Virus record (IMG/VR): IMGVR_UViG_3300017917_003143
Span: 186,001-250,000 of that record
Strand: one strand, 5' to 3'
DNA: 64,000 nt
The notes beneath the pieces are model-generated. The model had not been told where the DNA came from. It saw nothing but the letters and a program-made list of their open reading frames with translations, and made no database searches. The translations under genes and the position numbers were made by a program. Position 1 is the stretch's first letter. Each line of letters begins with the position of its first letter. Of the stretch, positions 44,114 to 55,174 are shown piece by piece.

Positions 44114-45597
44114 CTACAAACTTTTACTCCATAGCGTTGTTCAAACCTATCAGCATCAGCACGATCGTTGACCATGGGTTCGCCACGTATGTTCAAGCTG
44201 GTATTGAGTAGCATGGGGCAACCTGTTTCTACATACCATTTTTCTAATAATTGCCGTATACCTGATACGCAATCTTTGCTCACAGTTTGCACACGGCTGG
44301 TTCCATCTACATGAATGATGGCTGGAAAATGATCAGGATGGCGACACCGTGCCACTACCTGCATGTAAGGACTGCTTGTATAGCTTGTGGGCATTTCAAA
44401 GTAATCATTGACACACTCTTCAAGTATCACCGGAGCAAACGGTCTAAATTGTTGGCGACGTTTAATCTCATTGACTCGTTCCTTGATCGTGCTACCTCGA
44501 GGGTCTGCAAGGAGGCTACGGTTTCCAAGTGCGCGGGGGCCGAACTCGGCTCGTCCGGAAGCCACTCCCACAATCTGCCGAACAAGTAACTCATTAACAA
44601 TGTCGTCAACAGGATAAGCACCAGGTATGTCATGGCCGAGATAAGGATTAGTCCAGTTAATTCTACCCCCATGAGCCAAAGCGGCAGCACCAAGGCTGCT
44701 ACCAGCGTCACCAGGATTAGGCATGATCCAAATATTTTCATAGATGTCTCCGAGGTTTCTATTGGCCAAGCAGTTTAATGCTACTCCGCCCATGTACACA
44801 AGATTGGTTTCCTGTGTGAGCTCCCAGGCTTTTTTCATCACGCTCATTATGAGATCTTCTGCTACCATCTGTGTAGCGCAGGCAATGTCTTCATTGCTGG
44901 CCGCATCTAGTAGTGTAGCAGGAACTCCTATGTGGAAATTTTCACGTAGCTCAATGTCATGATAATCTTTGACAGCAAAGTTACTCAAAGTTTGATACCA
45001 TGAATCTCGGCCCCATGCTGCCATACCCATGGTGATGTATTCTTCGTCCATTGGTCGTAGTCCCACGCGATCTGTCATGGCACTATAGAAAAGACCTATG
45101 GAATGTGGATAGCCTTGGCTCCAAAGTTTTTCATACTTTGCACGGCCTTGGTTGTCGTACCACGCACGATAGATACTGATAGTGTCCATTTCGCCAATGG
45201 CATCTATCACTACAACCACAGCTCGTTGGAAAGGACTTGTTTGAAATCCTGCGGCAGCATGGCTAAGGTGATGATTGAAACTGACTTCTCGTCGAGCTGG
45301 TCTCTGGTACCAATCACCTAAATGTTTTTTCAGTGCGCCGCGTACAGTCCACGGGCCAAATTCTTTCTGTCCTGAAATAATTTGTTGTACATTGTGCATC
45401 CAAGGACGTTCATAAAACGCCACGGTATCATAGTCCCATGCACAGAGTTCGTTGAGTAACTCTGCAGATATCATAGGATCGTTTTTGTTTTTACTGTAGC
45501 GTTCTGAGTGGCCGGCAAAGACTATTTCACCATCTGATCTGATGACTGTGGCTGCCGCATCGTGGAACCCTGCACTGATACCAAGTATGTGTTTCAT
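44110..45597 (-). CDS. carbamoyltransferase (NodU/CmcH/TobZ family)
   Basis: FHDAAA; HHLSHAA; GGVALNC; RAEFGPRALGNRS; LLNTSLN. Confidence 0.96.
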   Translation of the reverse strand: MKHILGISAGFHDAAATVIRSDGEIVFAGHSERYSKNKNDPMISAELLNELCAWDYDTVAFYERPWMHNVQQIISGQKEFGPWTVRGALKKHLGDWYQRPARREVSFNHHLSHAAAGFQTSPFQRAVVVVIDAIGEMDTISIYRAWYDNQGRAKYEKLWSQGYPHSIGLFYSAMTDRVGLRPMDEEYITMGMAAWGRDSWYQTLSNFAVKDYHDIELRENFHIGVPATLLDAASNEDIACATQMVAEDLIMSVMKKAWELTQETNLVYMGGVALNCLANRNLGDIYENIWIMPNPGDAGSSLGAAALAHGGRINWTNPYLGHDIPGAYPVDDIVNELLVRQIVGVASGRAEFGPRALGNRSLLADPRGSTIKERVNEIKRRQQFRPFAPVILEECVNDYFEMPTSYTSSPYMQVVARCRHPDHFPAIIHVDGTSRVQTVSKDCVSGIRQLLEKWYVETGCPMLLNTSLNIRGEPMVNDRADADRFEQRYGVKVCS

Positions 45598-45695
45598 TTG
45601 TAGATAAAAGGATCTCGTTTACGAAGTTCTTTTAGCTTCTTGCGATAACGTATCTCAAGTTTGATCCTGTTGATCAAGTTGCGTAACCATTTCAT
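45594..45695 (-). CDS. small basic protein (33 aa)
   Basis: MKWLRNLINRIKLEIRYRKKLKELRKRDPFIYK; overlaps both neighbours. Confidence 0.7.
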   Translation of the reverse strand: MKWLRNLINRIKLEIRYRKKLKELRKRDPFIYK

Positions 45696-46792
45696 TTATT
45701 ACCTCCGATAATATCAATCTGTCTCTGTGCGTAATCTGGATCACTCCAACAGTAATCATATTCGGCACGAGCATCTGTGGTGCTCACTCTGTACACATCA
45801 AGATGTGTATTTAGGCGACGCCAAATGGCCTGGTAGTCATTTGTCCAGAATGTATCAATGAGATCTACTTGCCCAACCTGCGGATGACCAATGGTCAGTG
45901 CAGGATCTTCAGGGTCAAATCCATTTACTTTGAGCCATTCTCGGAACTCGCGCAGTCGAATCTTTTGCCACTCGTAATTGCCTGGATTGTTAGCCCACTC
46001 TATGTCAAAGTCCCCGGCTGCTTCAGTCTGGCTCCGTAGCGTCGTTGACACTAATTCGCCTATGCGGCTGTCTCTGCCTTCGTCTTGGAATACTTCCCAA
46101 TGATGTTTGCCTACTGCTTTGTTTACTCCAACAAATACTCCTCCCAAGGGTCTATTGATAGTTTCTATGCCAAAGAGTTCATAATCTTTTTCGTCTAATA
46201 CAAAGCGTGGTGCGTTCAGCCAACACATCAGCTGGCTAGGACGTTGCCACTCGGGTGCTTCTATTTGTTTGCGATAGCTCAAGGCCCAGGATTCAAACTC
46301 GTGACATAGCAAGTTGAGCTGACGTATGTGCCAGCGTGTTTCAGCATCAGCACGTAGATAATACTCCTTGGGTGCGCCGCTGACTCCTTGAAGATCTTCA
46401 AAGTATCTGTGTAACCAGTTGAGCTTTTCTTGTCTGATATTGCGACCCACTGTGCGACCATCTACGGGATCGTCAGTTACAGTATTGTTCATATCAAAAT
46501 AGTCGTTGATATGATAACCAAGATCGGCACGATTGATAGCTTCAATGCTACGGTTTACTTCGTCAAGGATGTGCCACCCATTTCTTTTGTGATCAACAAA
46601 TCCAAAGAAACAGTAGTTCTTTTCTAAATGATAGTTATTGCGTAGTAAGTGGTTGAGAGCTGACAACCACTTGTGACTCAAGGAGTTGTCAAATACATTG
46701 ATCCGCACAGGAAACAGTTCTTGTGTTTCTCTGTTACGAAGTTCAATCGTTACTTGGTCTAATGTCTTGCCACCAGCGATATATGTCTGCAT
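45692..46792 (-). CDS. hypothetical protein
   Basis: ORF track; within the operon. Confidence 0.8.
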   Translation of the reverse strand: MQTYIAGGKTLDQVTIELRNRETQELFPVRINVFDNSLSHKWLSALNHLLRNNYHLEKNYCFFGFVDHKRNGWHILDEVNRSIEAINRADLGYHINDYFDMNNTVTDDPVDGRTVGRNIRQEKLNWLHRYFEDLQGVSGAPKEYYLRADAETRWHIRQLNLLCHEFESWALSYRKQIEAPEWQRPSQLMCWLNAPRFVLDEKDYELFGIETINRPLGGVFVGVNKAVGKHHWEVFQDEGRDSRIGELVSTTLRSQTEAAGDFDIEWANNPGNYEWQKIRLREFREWLKVNGFDPEDPALTIGHPQVGQVDLIDTFWTNDYQAIWRRLNTHLDVYRVSTTDARAEYDYCWSDPDYAQRQIDIIGGNK

Positions 46793-48041
46793 CTTTTTCC
46801 AATATGTCGTTCATTGTAAACGAATCGTTTCTTATTTGTTCTAATTTTAACACACGAGCCTTGCCTTGTGCAAGTCCTGCGTGGTATTGATCTGGCCATT
46901 GTTCTGCAAATGTAGGCCTTTGTTTGAGCTGTAACAACACATCTTTCAGTGCGCCGCGTGTAACGGGCACCAGTTCATCCACTTTACGGTCCAATATTTC
47001 TCTAGGCAAAGCCAAGGGACTTAGCACAATGTCTGGAGTAAAAGAAAATACTACTTTGGCCAGTATGTCAACTCCAAGTTCATCTGCTGTACGTTGCATG
47101 GTTTCTACTTCAAACATGCCTGGTAAGGTCAGTGTAAAGTCCAACCGCATTTGTCTGCGATGACGTGCTATTTCTAATCCGCGCTTGAAGTTGTCTAGAA
47201 AAACGGGCCAGGCCAGACCGGTTCTGATGTATTCTCCGATTTGTCCTGTTCCGTCGATGCTTGCACAGATTTGCCAGTCACGTATATTTGCCAGCAAATC
47301 ACGATAAAGACTACAGCCATTATAGTCCACACGACTAAGGTTAGTGTTGTATCTTGCATAAAGTTTTGGTCCATCACCTAGTTCAATAATTCTTTTCATA
47401 TAACGCCAATGTTGTTCATACATCAGCGGTTCTCCGCCCACCCAATAGATTTCTTCTACACGATGTTCTTCTACTGCCTGGGCAAACTCTGCTTCTATCT
47501 GCGAGTCCTGAAACTTCGTGATTTCGCGCTTGACTTCAGGACGCATCCAGTTGTTTTTAGGGTTAGACCAGTCAACCATGTCATGACGTTTTTCCTCAGT
47601 TTCCCAAGAACTGCTTAACATATCACCACACATACGGCACTTGAAGTTGCAGAGATTACTGAATCTGTAATCCCAGCTCACGGGTTTCATTGTAGTGAAC
47701 CCATCTGGAGAGGTTGACTGCATGGCTTGGTCGTACTTGTGACCAAACAGTCCCCAAAAATAACTACGATAGACATCTGTATTTAATAGTTTGTTGTTGC
47801 AGACATCACATTCTGGCAAGGTTTCACCAGCCATCATCCTACGGCGTACCGATCGCATGTGTTCGCTATTCCAGTGTTCATCAAGCGTGATAGGAATGTA
47901 CTTTCCTGTGCCTGCGGCTGTGTCAATGTACTGCTCAAAGTTCTGTGCAGGTTCTCTTGACGCACAACACATACGTCGTTCAGTTTGCGGACTCAAGTAA
48001 GTGTGAGTCCATGGTGCCATGCAGAGTGTATCAGGTTTCAT
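46743..48041 (-). CDS. radical SAM protein with N-terminal SPASM/twitch-like domain
   Basis: CMAPW...MCC; CNFKCRMC; GGEPL. Confidence 0.92.
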   Translation of the reverse strand: MKPDTLCMAPWTHTYLSPQTERRMCCASREPAQNFEQYIDTAAGTGKYIPITLDEHWNSEHMRSVRRRMMAGETLPECDVCNNKLLNTDVYRSYFWGLFGHKYDQAMQSTSPDGFTTMKPVSWDYRFSNLCNFKCRMCGDMLSSSWETEEKRHDMVDWSNPKNNWMRPEVKREITKFQDSQIEAEFAQAVEEHRVEEIYWVGGEPLMYEQHWRYMKRIIELGDGPKLYARYNTNLSRVDYNGCSLYRDLLANIRDWQICASIDGTGQIGEYIRTGLAWPVFLDNFKRGLEIARHRRQMRLDFTLTLPGMFEVETMQRTADELGVDILAKVVFSFTPDIVLSPLALPREILDRKVDELVPVTRGALKDVLLQLKQRPTFAEQWPDQYHAGLAQGKARVLKLEQIRNDSFTMNDILEKDADIYRWWQDIRPSND

Positions 48042-49242
48042 AATCAATCACACGGGCTAACTCTGCAGATACATCTTTTAAATTTTGCTGGCGGCGGCTG
48101 TCTAATTCTTTGATCTTTTTTCTCAGCATAGAACCGTCTGATCCTGCTCCATTCATCATAAACTCAACCACACGATCAAATTCTTTTCGGAAACGATCTG
48201 GTACCCATTTCGAAGACAATCGTTGCTTGGTTGAAATTTTTGCTTGCTCGGGCATGTTTGCGATGCTGAAATAATGTGGATCGTGTAGCATGTTCCAATA
48301 GACAAAATCAAAGTCTTGGCGCTCTATCCACTGTGCGACATCTGTTAGATACATCACATTAAACACATTCACTGTGCAACAAACTTGTAAAGTCATATTG
48401 AGATTGCGATCTCGCATTTCTCTGAACTTTTGTATGTTGACATTGACTTCTTTCCATCCTGCATTGGTTCTTTGATACTCAAATCTATCACTTACATCGT
48501 CGATGCTGAAAGCGATTTCTACATGTTTGAAATACTGCCAAATTTCTTCGGCTTCGTCTGGATACTGTGTGCCATTGGTGTTGTAGTGTATCTCAATCTG
48601 ATGTGCATACCCACGTTCGACTAATCTCTTTAACAGATCAAAGTGCTCTCGTATCATGAAAGGTTCGCCACCGGTGAACTCTATATAACGCACTTGCCCC
48701 ATGGCCGAGTCGAGTTGATTCCAGAACTGTTCACTTTCTCTGGGCCAGGCGCCATCACGCAACATCTGATAATGGAAGCTGTTTTTCTTGTCAGTTTTAT
48801 CTTGGATAAAGTTCAATTCTTCAGTGGCGAATTGGCTGCTGGACCAGGATCCGCAAATACGGCATTTGAGATTACAAATATTGCCCAGTTTTAAATCCAG
48901 GAACATCAAGGGCTTGGCATCTTCAGTCCACTCGCTGTCGATACCCATGTGTTTAAGCCTGTCTAAGGTATGCATACGTTTGGACGTCCTGCCAGCTCGC
49001 TCTTCATTCCAGCAACGTCGACAAGTTTCAGGTTGTTGGCCAGCAAGAAACTCTTTGCGTAGCTCTCGCATGTGACGGCTGTTTTGTATCTCGGTAAAAT
49101 TTGCTGTTTGTAATTTGAACTTGTTACCGTTGTCATCGACAATTTCATCTGTGGCTAAACAGCAAGGACGAACGGTACCTATGGGACTGGTTTCAAGACT
49201 GACCCAGGGTAACACACAAAATCGATCATGTGGTATTTTCAT
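48031..49242 (-). CDS. radical SAM protein with N-terminal SPASM/twitch-like domain
   Basis: CVLPW...PCC; CNLKCRIC; GGEPF. Confidence 0.92.
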   Translation of the reverse strand: MKIPHDRFCVLPWVSLETSPIGTVRPCCLATDEIVDDNGNKFKLQTANFTEIQNSRHMRELRKEFLAGQQPETCRRCWNEERAGRTSKRMHTLDRLKHMGIDSEWTEDAKPLMFLDLKLGNICNLKCRICGSWSSSQFATEELNFIQDKTDKKNSFHYQMLRDGAWPRESEQFWNQLDSAMGQVRYIEFTGGEPFMIREHFDLLKRLVERGYAHQIEIHYNTNGTQYPDEAEEIWQYFKHVEIAFSIDDVSDRFEYQRTNAGWKEVNVNIQKFREMRDRNLNMTLQVCCTVNVFNVMYLTDVAQWIERQDFDFVYWNMLHDPHYFSIANMPEQAKISTKQRLSSKWVPDRFRKEFDRVVEFMMNGAGSDGSMLRKKIKELDSRRQQNLKDVSAELARVIDYET

Positions 49243-50498
49243 TTCAATGCCTCAAGTTCAGGTATTACAGAGAGTATCTGTTCTCCTCTTATCGAATCGA
49301 GTTCGTGTGTTTTTCTCCAGAACGTATCGATAAGATGAGTATTGTCTGTCGCCATCATAAAGTTGATAGCTGACTCAAACCCTACAGTGGCTCTTTGCAA
49401 AGGATCGTGTGGTCGCAACCATTCGATGTGTTCTTCTAATTTCATACGCAGGCGTTGCTTGTATTTTGACGGAGCGATATCTATACGATAGTGTACAGGA
49501 TCTTGTAATATGTTGACGTTGAGATCCTGATGACGTATAAAGCCTCGATCGACCCAATCTCTATGGAAGTCTGGTAGATGCCAAGCATTCATTATGCTCA
49601 AGGTTGGGCTGATATAAAAATCAACCTGCGGGCATATCCTAAGCATCTCTTCTCGGTTGCGCTCAACCTGGTCCCACTCTGTTCCTTTGCGTATGTACTC
49701 GCCTCGAACACCCGATGCGTCCAAACTGGCTCCCACTGCTACACTGTCAAACAGTTTCCAATATTCAAACACACTCCGACCTTTGAGATCAGTGTGCGTA
49801 AAGTTAGTGTTATAAATCAAACGCACATGGAAAAGCTCGCGGCGCACTAATTCATCTAAAATACGATAGTGTTCTTCCATGAGCAAGGGCTCGCCGCCAG
49901 CAAAGTAAATCTGCTCTACATAGTCAAGATGTGGTTCCAGTTGTTCCCACATGTCTAATTCAGTGCGACCAGCGTAGTTTAGAACCTTGTTGCGTTGTGC
50001 CCAGTCTCCACCGGCCAGCTTGGCCTGATCCTGATACCATTGGCTGCTAAAGATGTGTCCACAGCTACGGCAACGAAGGTTGCAAAGATTTGAGAATCGT
50101 ATATCCCAATAGGTCATCTCAAAAGGATTTGACTCTAATTTCTTGATGTGGTGCCCGTGATGTTTGTTGGCACTACGACGACCGCTGAAGAAACCTGCTT
50201 CTTCTTGTTCATAACAACGACCACAAGCAGGATTTGGTCGCTCATTGAGCATGTCATCTCTGAGTTGGCTCATAGCATCACCTTGCCAGATTTCTGCCAG
50301 TGTATTCTGCCGGCAGTTACCCACTGGGTACTTCATCTCTGCATGGCAGCAAGGATAGGCCTCGCCTGTGGGATAAGCATGTAAGTGTATCCAAGGATAG
50401 ATACAAAATGTCTTTGATTCTTTGAGCAAAAATTCTTCTCGCTCATTGAGATCAACAGGGCGGACTAAGTCTGCTGAGTTATACTTGTATTGAGTCAT
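49239..50498 (-). CDS. radical SAM protein with N-terminal SPASM/twitch-like domain
   Basis: CIYPW...PCC; CNLRCRSC; GGEPL. Confidence 0.92.
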   Translation of the reverse strand: MTQYKYNSADLVRPVDLNEREEFLLKESKTFCIYPWIHLHAYPTGEAYPCCHAEMKYPVGNCRQNTLAEIWQGDAMSQLRDDMLNERPNPACGRCYEQEEAGFFSGRRSANKHHGHHIKKLESNPFEMTYWDIRFSNLCNLRCRSCGHIFSSQWYQDQAKLAGGDWAQRNKVLNYAGRTELDMWEQLEPHLDYVEQIYFAGGEPLLMEEHYRILDELVRRELFHVRLIYNTNFTHTDLKGRSVFEYWKLFDSVAVGASLDASGVRGEYIRKGTEWDQVERNREEMLRICPQVDFYISPTLSIMNAWHLPDFHRDWVDRGFIRHQDLNVNILQDPVHYRIDIAPSKYKQRLRMKLEEHIEWLRPHDPLQRATVGFESAINFMMATDNTHLIDTFWRKTHELDSIRGEQILSVIPELEALK

Positions 50499-51843
50499 AC
50501 CAAGATGTTAAAAAAGGAAATGTTTTTCGGAAATCTTTTCCGCGACGTTGGTCGTACTGTTCATGGAACTTTTTAAAGTCGTTGTATAAACTGGCACGAT
50601 CAAATGTGTCTGAATGTGGAGTTTTGACCACGTCGAGATAATCTATCAATCTCTGCACCTGGTTGATCTCCATCTGATGCAACAGTGGGCTATCTTTGTT
50701 GGCATCGTACCATTGTTGTAATTTGTCGCCGTACTTTTGACGTATATCGTCAGGAAGAACCAAAGGCGACTGGAAACTCGGAAAGCGTAAAATGTTTAGA
50801 GTAAATGTTGGGAAATCTCGACCATACTGTTGTTTGAACATCAGCATGTAATCTAAAAAATCTGGCAACGATTCAAGACACAGAGCATTGATAGTACACA
50901 TCACATGCAGACCTCTCAGTCGACCACTGCCAGCCAACATGTGCATGTTAGTGATCCATTGTTTCCAATCTAGTCCGTCTCGTATGTATTCAGCCTGACC
51001 AGTCATGCTTTCGTTCGATGTATATAGATCCAACGAGATACCATCAGCTCGATCTAACAGTTTGACCACGTCTTCTGTTGACATTCCCAAGTTGGAATTG
51101 ATAGCCAAACGTGTGGAACTTTTACCACGATTCTCTTTGAACCAATCTAACAATTTCCATGTGTAGCCCGACATCAAGGGTTCGCCACCAGTGATGCGTA
51201 GTTCTTTGAGTGTGCGGTGTAGATCTGATTCCCACCATTTAAAAAATGCTTCCACATAGGGATTGTGATCGTTTATAGTATAGAGCTGTGCAGAATCGTG
51301 CGGATGGGTAAAGTGGTTACGACCATCGCTGATCAATCCTTGATATGGTCCGTTTTGCTTGACATCTCGCACCCATGTGCTTGAGAAAGCCGGATTGCAA
51401 TAAGAACAAGCGAACTGACAAGTACGGTCGAAAGCGATTTCCAATGTTTGGAGATCAACATCTTCACTGGCAGGTAGTTTGTGAGCATACTCTAAATCCT
51501 CATCTGAATACAGAACGGTTTTGTACACGCGGTCTGAAATATTATCACGACCAATGTCCTCGATCTTCCAACAGTATTCGCAGCCTCGTGGACGTTCACC
51601 GCGTTGCATCTGCTCGCGTTCTTGTTTTTTCTTGGGTGTGTTGTGTAATGCCTTGGGATTGGCTTCTACTTCAGCAATCTCTACTTTATGCGGCAGTGGG
51701 TGATGGCAACTCGTGGTCATGCCAGAACCCAACCATATGGTAGCATTGTACCATTTAGCTCCGCAGAAGCTTTCTGACTTGATGTCAATCACTCTGCGTT
51801 TGTATTCGAGATCTGTTTCGTTGTTAATTCTTGGCATTGACAA
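50479..51843 (-). CDS. radical SAM protein with N-terminal SPASM/twitch-like domain
   Basis: CGAKW...SCHHP; CQFACSYC; GGEPL. Confidence 0.92.
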   Translation of the reverse strand: MSMPRINNETDLEYKRRVIDIKSESFCGAKWYNATIWLGSGMTTSCHHPLPHKVEIAEVEANPKALHNTPKKKQEREQMQRGERPRGCEYCWKIEDIGRDNISDRVYKTVLYSDEDLEYAHKLPASEDVDLQTLEIAFDRTCQFACSYCNPAFSSTWVRDVKQNGPYQGLISDGRNHFTHPHDSAQLYTINDHNPYVEAFFKWWESDLHRTLKELRITGGEPLMSGYTWKLLDWFKENRGKSSTRLAINSNLGMSTEDVVKLLDRADGISLDLYTSNESMTGQAEYIRDGLDWKQWITNMHMLAGSGRLRGLHVMCTINALCLESLPDFLDYMLMFKQQYGRDFPTFTLNILRFPSFQSPLVLPDDIRQKYGDKLQQWYDANKDSPLLHQMEINQVQRLIDYLDVVKTPHSDTFDRASLYNDFKKFHEQYDQRRGKDFRKTFPFLTSWYDSIQV

Positions 51844-52840
51844 ACTCTTTCATTTGTTGTGTAAATGTCTGTTGTTGATTACTATGTATCGCTAATGCGT
51901 GGTGCTGATTATATAAACGTACCTGATGTGTTTCTGCCCAAAACTTTGTTAAATCTTGTTTGACCAACCATGCTATTTGATCTACCAATCTCTGTATCCT
52001 TTGTTGTCCATCGTCGATCAGATCAAAACTTTCATCAATCCAATCACTGTAAGTCTTGAATCCTAAGTTACGTATGTCTTGATAAAAACCGCGGTTAGCA
52101 CACACAATAAAAGGATGCCCTGCCAGCACAGGTTTATAAAATTTTTCGGTCCTAAAGCTCGTAGGAGATTCAAAAACAGTTTCTGATACCAATGTAAACC
52201 AAGTGTCTTGATACTGTTTTGGTACTATTATTCCATCTATCCATCCAGGATTGTCTACATCATATCCTACAGGCAGTTTCCTTGTGGGAATCTTTGCAGT
52301 TGAATATGTACAATTGAAATGAGGGTGTCCCCACGTGACGTCTGATTCGTGATTGCACCACAAGGCATCTTCAAGCAGGCCGCGTTGCTGTAGCAAATCA
52401 ATGAGATACTGCCGTTGTGGTCGTAATTTCCTGTTAGTAAAGAGAAAACTGTATGGACAAGAATGTTTATTGGTATCCAACAACGGAATACCGTAAGATT
52501 GGCTGCCGATAGTGGCCGCCAAAAAGTGTTCAGAGTTTAGATTGGTTATTTCCTTGGGTGCATCGCCGCCAGTGATCCAACGTATCTGTCCCGATCTCAT
52601 CCTGGTGATGTAATGAGGATCTGACGCTATGTGCCACTGTGTTATCACGCTTTCATCTGTTTTCTCGATTACTATCCTGCCACCCAACTCTAATATGTCA
52701 CATATCCGGGGCCATTGGCTAATAAATGTTTTTAAACTAATAACATAGATATCCACAGTCATGGCCAAATGACCTGTTAAGATTTCACTGTCAGGTTGTA
52801 AGTAATTTAAGGCCAGGCCGGGTTCAACTATGATTCGCAT
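51824..52840 (-). CDS. third TEK-F-KP family paralogue
   Basis: VSETVF...TEKFYKPVLAGHPF; GFKTY. Confidence 0.6.
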   Translation of the reverse strand: MRIIVEPGLALNYLQPDSEILTGHLAMTVDIYVISLKTFISQWPRICDILELGGRIVIEKTDESVITQWHIASDPHYITRMRSGQIRWITGGDAPKEITNLNSEHFLAATIGSQSYGIPLLDTNKHSCPYSFLFTNRKLRPQRQYLIDLLQQRGLLEDALWCNHESDVTWGHPHFNCTYSTAKIPTRKLPVGYDVDNPGWIDGIIVPKQYQDTWFTLVSETVFESPTSFRTEKFYKPVLAGHPFIVCANRGFYQDIRNLGFKTYSDWIDESFDLIDDGQQRIQRLVDQIAWLVKQDLTKFWAETHQVRLYNQHHALAIHSNQQQTFTQQMKEFVNAKN

Positions 52841-54251
52841 GATAACCGCATTCCGTCCACCATTCGACCATTTCAGGAAATACCTTCAAGAACCGTGTAC
52901 CACGTCTACGATCATGCTCGTTGAAGAATCTATAGAAGTCTGCTTTTTGTCGACGTACATAGTCTGGATCTAACTTTGATCCATCGCGCATCCAGGCAAT
53001 GTCACGATCAAGTCTGCTGAGTTCGTAATCTTTGAATCCTTTGAATCTGTTTTCTTCTGTTTCAAGATTTTTCATCATCCAGACCCAAGTAGATTCCAGC
53101 AAGTCTGCATAACTTTCAGGCAATAGTTGCATGCTCTGCCAAGTTGGTGTACGCAACACCGGAGTGTCAAACCAAACACGCTGGTATGTGTTTGAATAAA
53201 TTTGTCTTAGCCCCAATATTGCTACCATGAGATCTTGGAAACTAGTCACTGATAAATTATTCATAGTCACGATAAAAGTAATCGAGCTACGACCTGGTAT
53301 CTCACTTAGAAACTCGTTTACACGATCCCATAACAATCTAAAGTCAAGACCGTGCCGGATGTATTCTGCTTTGTCAAACCAAGCATCAAGACTGACATAC
53401 TGCATGAAGTGTTCGATCTTTTCTCCTTCGCACAGCATCTTGACGTATCCTTTGTATCGTTGCCAAAGTTTGTCTTCTACTGAGAAGTTTGATGTTACAT
53501 TCAAATGCAATCGAGGATTATGATTGTGTAAGACATAATCAAACACACGATAAGTGTTTTTATCCATGAGCGGCTCGCCACCGGTCATGCGGAAATGTTC
53601 CAGTTCTGGATACAACGTAGGCCACCATGACCAAAATGCATCCACATAAGGGTTTTCTTCTCTGTTGGGGATAGGTCTGCGATCGCCTGAGAAGTAAGCA
53701 GGATCATTGTGTGGAGTTGATGTAGGGAATGCTCCTTCTCGTTCAGCTTCGTCCATCCAACTGGAACTGAACTGTGGACTACAATAACTGCATTTTAGAT
53801 TACATGCAGAGTTGAAATTTACTTCAACATAACTGGGTATCGCATCTTGATCCCAAGGTGCTTGAGTAATCTTTTCAAAGTCACGTGCGGCCCAAGGTTC
53901 ACCAGAACGATAGTGTCGATCGCTGAGTTTGCCATTGTCTTCCATGGTCCAGCAGTACTGGCATTCGCCCGGACGTGTACCTTCCAGCATCAACTTTCTC
54001 TGTTGTTTTTTGTGCTCGGTATTATGGATGCCCGACGGGCTTCGTTGGATATCTTCCACACGGATTTTGTGTAGCGGTGGATGGTAACAGGAGTTGGTAT
54101 GGCCTGTGGTTAAGTGTAAGCTGACCTGTTTCCATTTGGCCAGGCACATGCTGGGACTCACAGAGTCCAGTTTTTCTTTCATTATCTCAGCATCGCTGAG
54201 GAACTTTGACTTGAAGTCTGTAGTGACTTCATCGCCTTTGTTGTTTACCAT
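52824..54251 (-). CDS. radical SAM protein with N-terminal SPASM/twitch-like domain
   Basis: CLAKW...SCYHP; CNLKCSYC; GGEPL. Confidence 0.92.
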   Translation of the reverse strand: MVNNKGDEVTTDFKSKFLSDAEIMKEKLDSVSPSMCLAKWKQVSLHLTTGHTNSCYHPPLHKIRVEDIQRSPSGIHNTEHKKQQRKLMLEGTRPGECQYCWTMEDNGKLSDRHYRSGEPWAARDFEKITQAPWDQDAIPSYVEVNFNSACNLKCSYCSPQFSSSWMDEAEREGAFPTSTPHNDPAYFSGDRRPIPNREENPYVDAFWSWWPTLYPELEHFRMTGGEPLMDKNTYRVFDYVLHNHNPRLHLNVTSNFSVEDKLWQRYKGYVKMLCEGEKIEHFMQYVSLDAWFDKAEYIRHGLDFRLLWDRVNEFLSEIPGRSSITFIVTMNNLSVTSFQDLMVAILGLRQIYSNTYQRVWFDTPVLRTPTWQSMQLLPESYADLLESTWVWMMKNLETEENRFKGFKDYELSRLDRDIAWMRDGSKLDPDYVRRQKADFYRFFNEHDRRRGTRFLKVFPEMVEWWTECGYHANHS

Positions 54252-55174
54252 CCTTCTTGGCTCCGGATAACATCCATCTCTCTGGTCATCACACCACGAT
54301 TATGCCAATTGCTACGATAATGATCTTTAAAGAATGCGCTCTGGAATGGTGGCATAAAAGCCATGGGCAATCCTAACTGCGTCGACAATGGTTCGTGATA
54401 CTGATCGATTAGATCTGCAGGTTCTCTCGGTGCTGCCACAGCGTCCCATATGTTTTTCAAGCAATCAAAGTTTTGTACTTCTCGATAATCCCATTCACTC
54501 AGCATGGTCATGTATGTGCCTTGGCGGGCTCCAGCGATAGCCCAGAATCCGTTTTCAACATCACAGCCTACATTGTGCCAGATAGTGAGATGGTCAAAGT
54601 TTCGTTTGTGTACCCGATCCTTGAATTCACTGACTGTGGGCTTGCGTCCACGATCTAAACACATTTTAACACCTTCGCGGAATCCTGCTCTCCATGCATG
54701 GAAAGGTGATCCGTTGGGATAAGTTGTTGAATAGCAATCATGCATGGGCCAGTACAGCGGATCGAAACAAAACTCTACTTCAGTTTCTGTGCGGCCATCA
54801 GTGTTTTCGTGAGTTTTCATGTTCAATACAAAATCACGAGTCCAACTACTGATACCACCATTGCCATACATCAATCCATTGACATGATTGCGGGCCCGCC
54901 ACCGATATACAGCACGTTCCCAGTCATCGTTGTGATATTCTAAAGTAAGATTGAAAAATCGTTCATCGGGCAGATTGTCGCCATCGATCAGGATAAATCT
55001 TTCAGTGTCTGATGCTTCTGCGGCTGCCTTGTGTGCGGCATCGCTGCCTTTGACTCCGTCCACACGCTTGGCCCAAGGTACCATGTTCTTGATGCGTACC
55101 CAGAACTCTTCTTTTTGTGGCTCATCGTAACTCAAATAAATGCAATCTAAATCTGCTATGTCAATCTGCTTCAT
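54245..55174 (-). CDS. glycosyltransferase-like protein
   Basis: ILIDGDN (DxD); AWRAGFRE. Confidence 0.7.
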   Translation of the reverse strand: MKQIDIADLDCIYLSYDEPQKEEFWVRIKNMVPWAKRVDGVKGSDAAHKAAAEASDTERFILIDGDNLPDERFFNLTLEYHNDDWERAVYRWRARNHVNGLMYGNGGISSWTRDFVLNMKTHENTDGRTETEVEFCFDPLYWPMHDCYSTTYPNGSPFHAWRAGFREGVKMCLDRGRKPTVSEFKDRVHKRNFDHLTIWHNVGCDVENGFWAIAGARQGTYMTMLSEWDYREVQNFDCLKNIWDAVAAPREPADLIDQYHEPLSTQLGLPMAFMPPFQSAFFKDHYRSNWHNRGVMTREMDVIRSQEGW

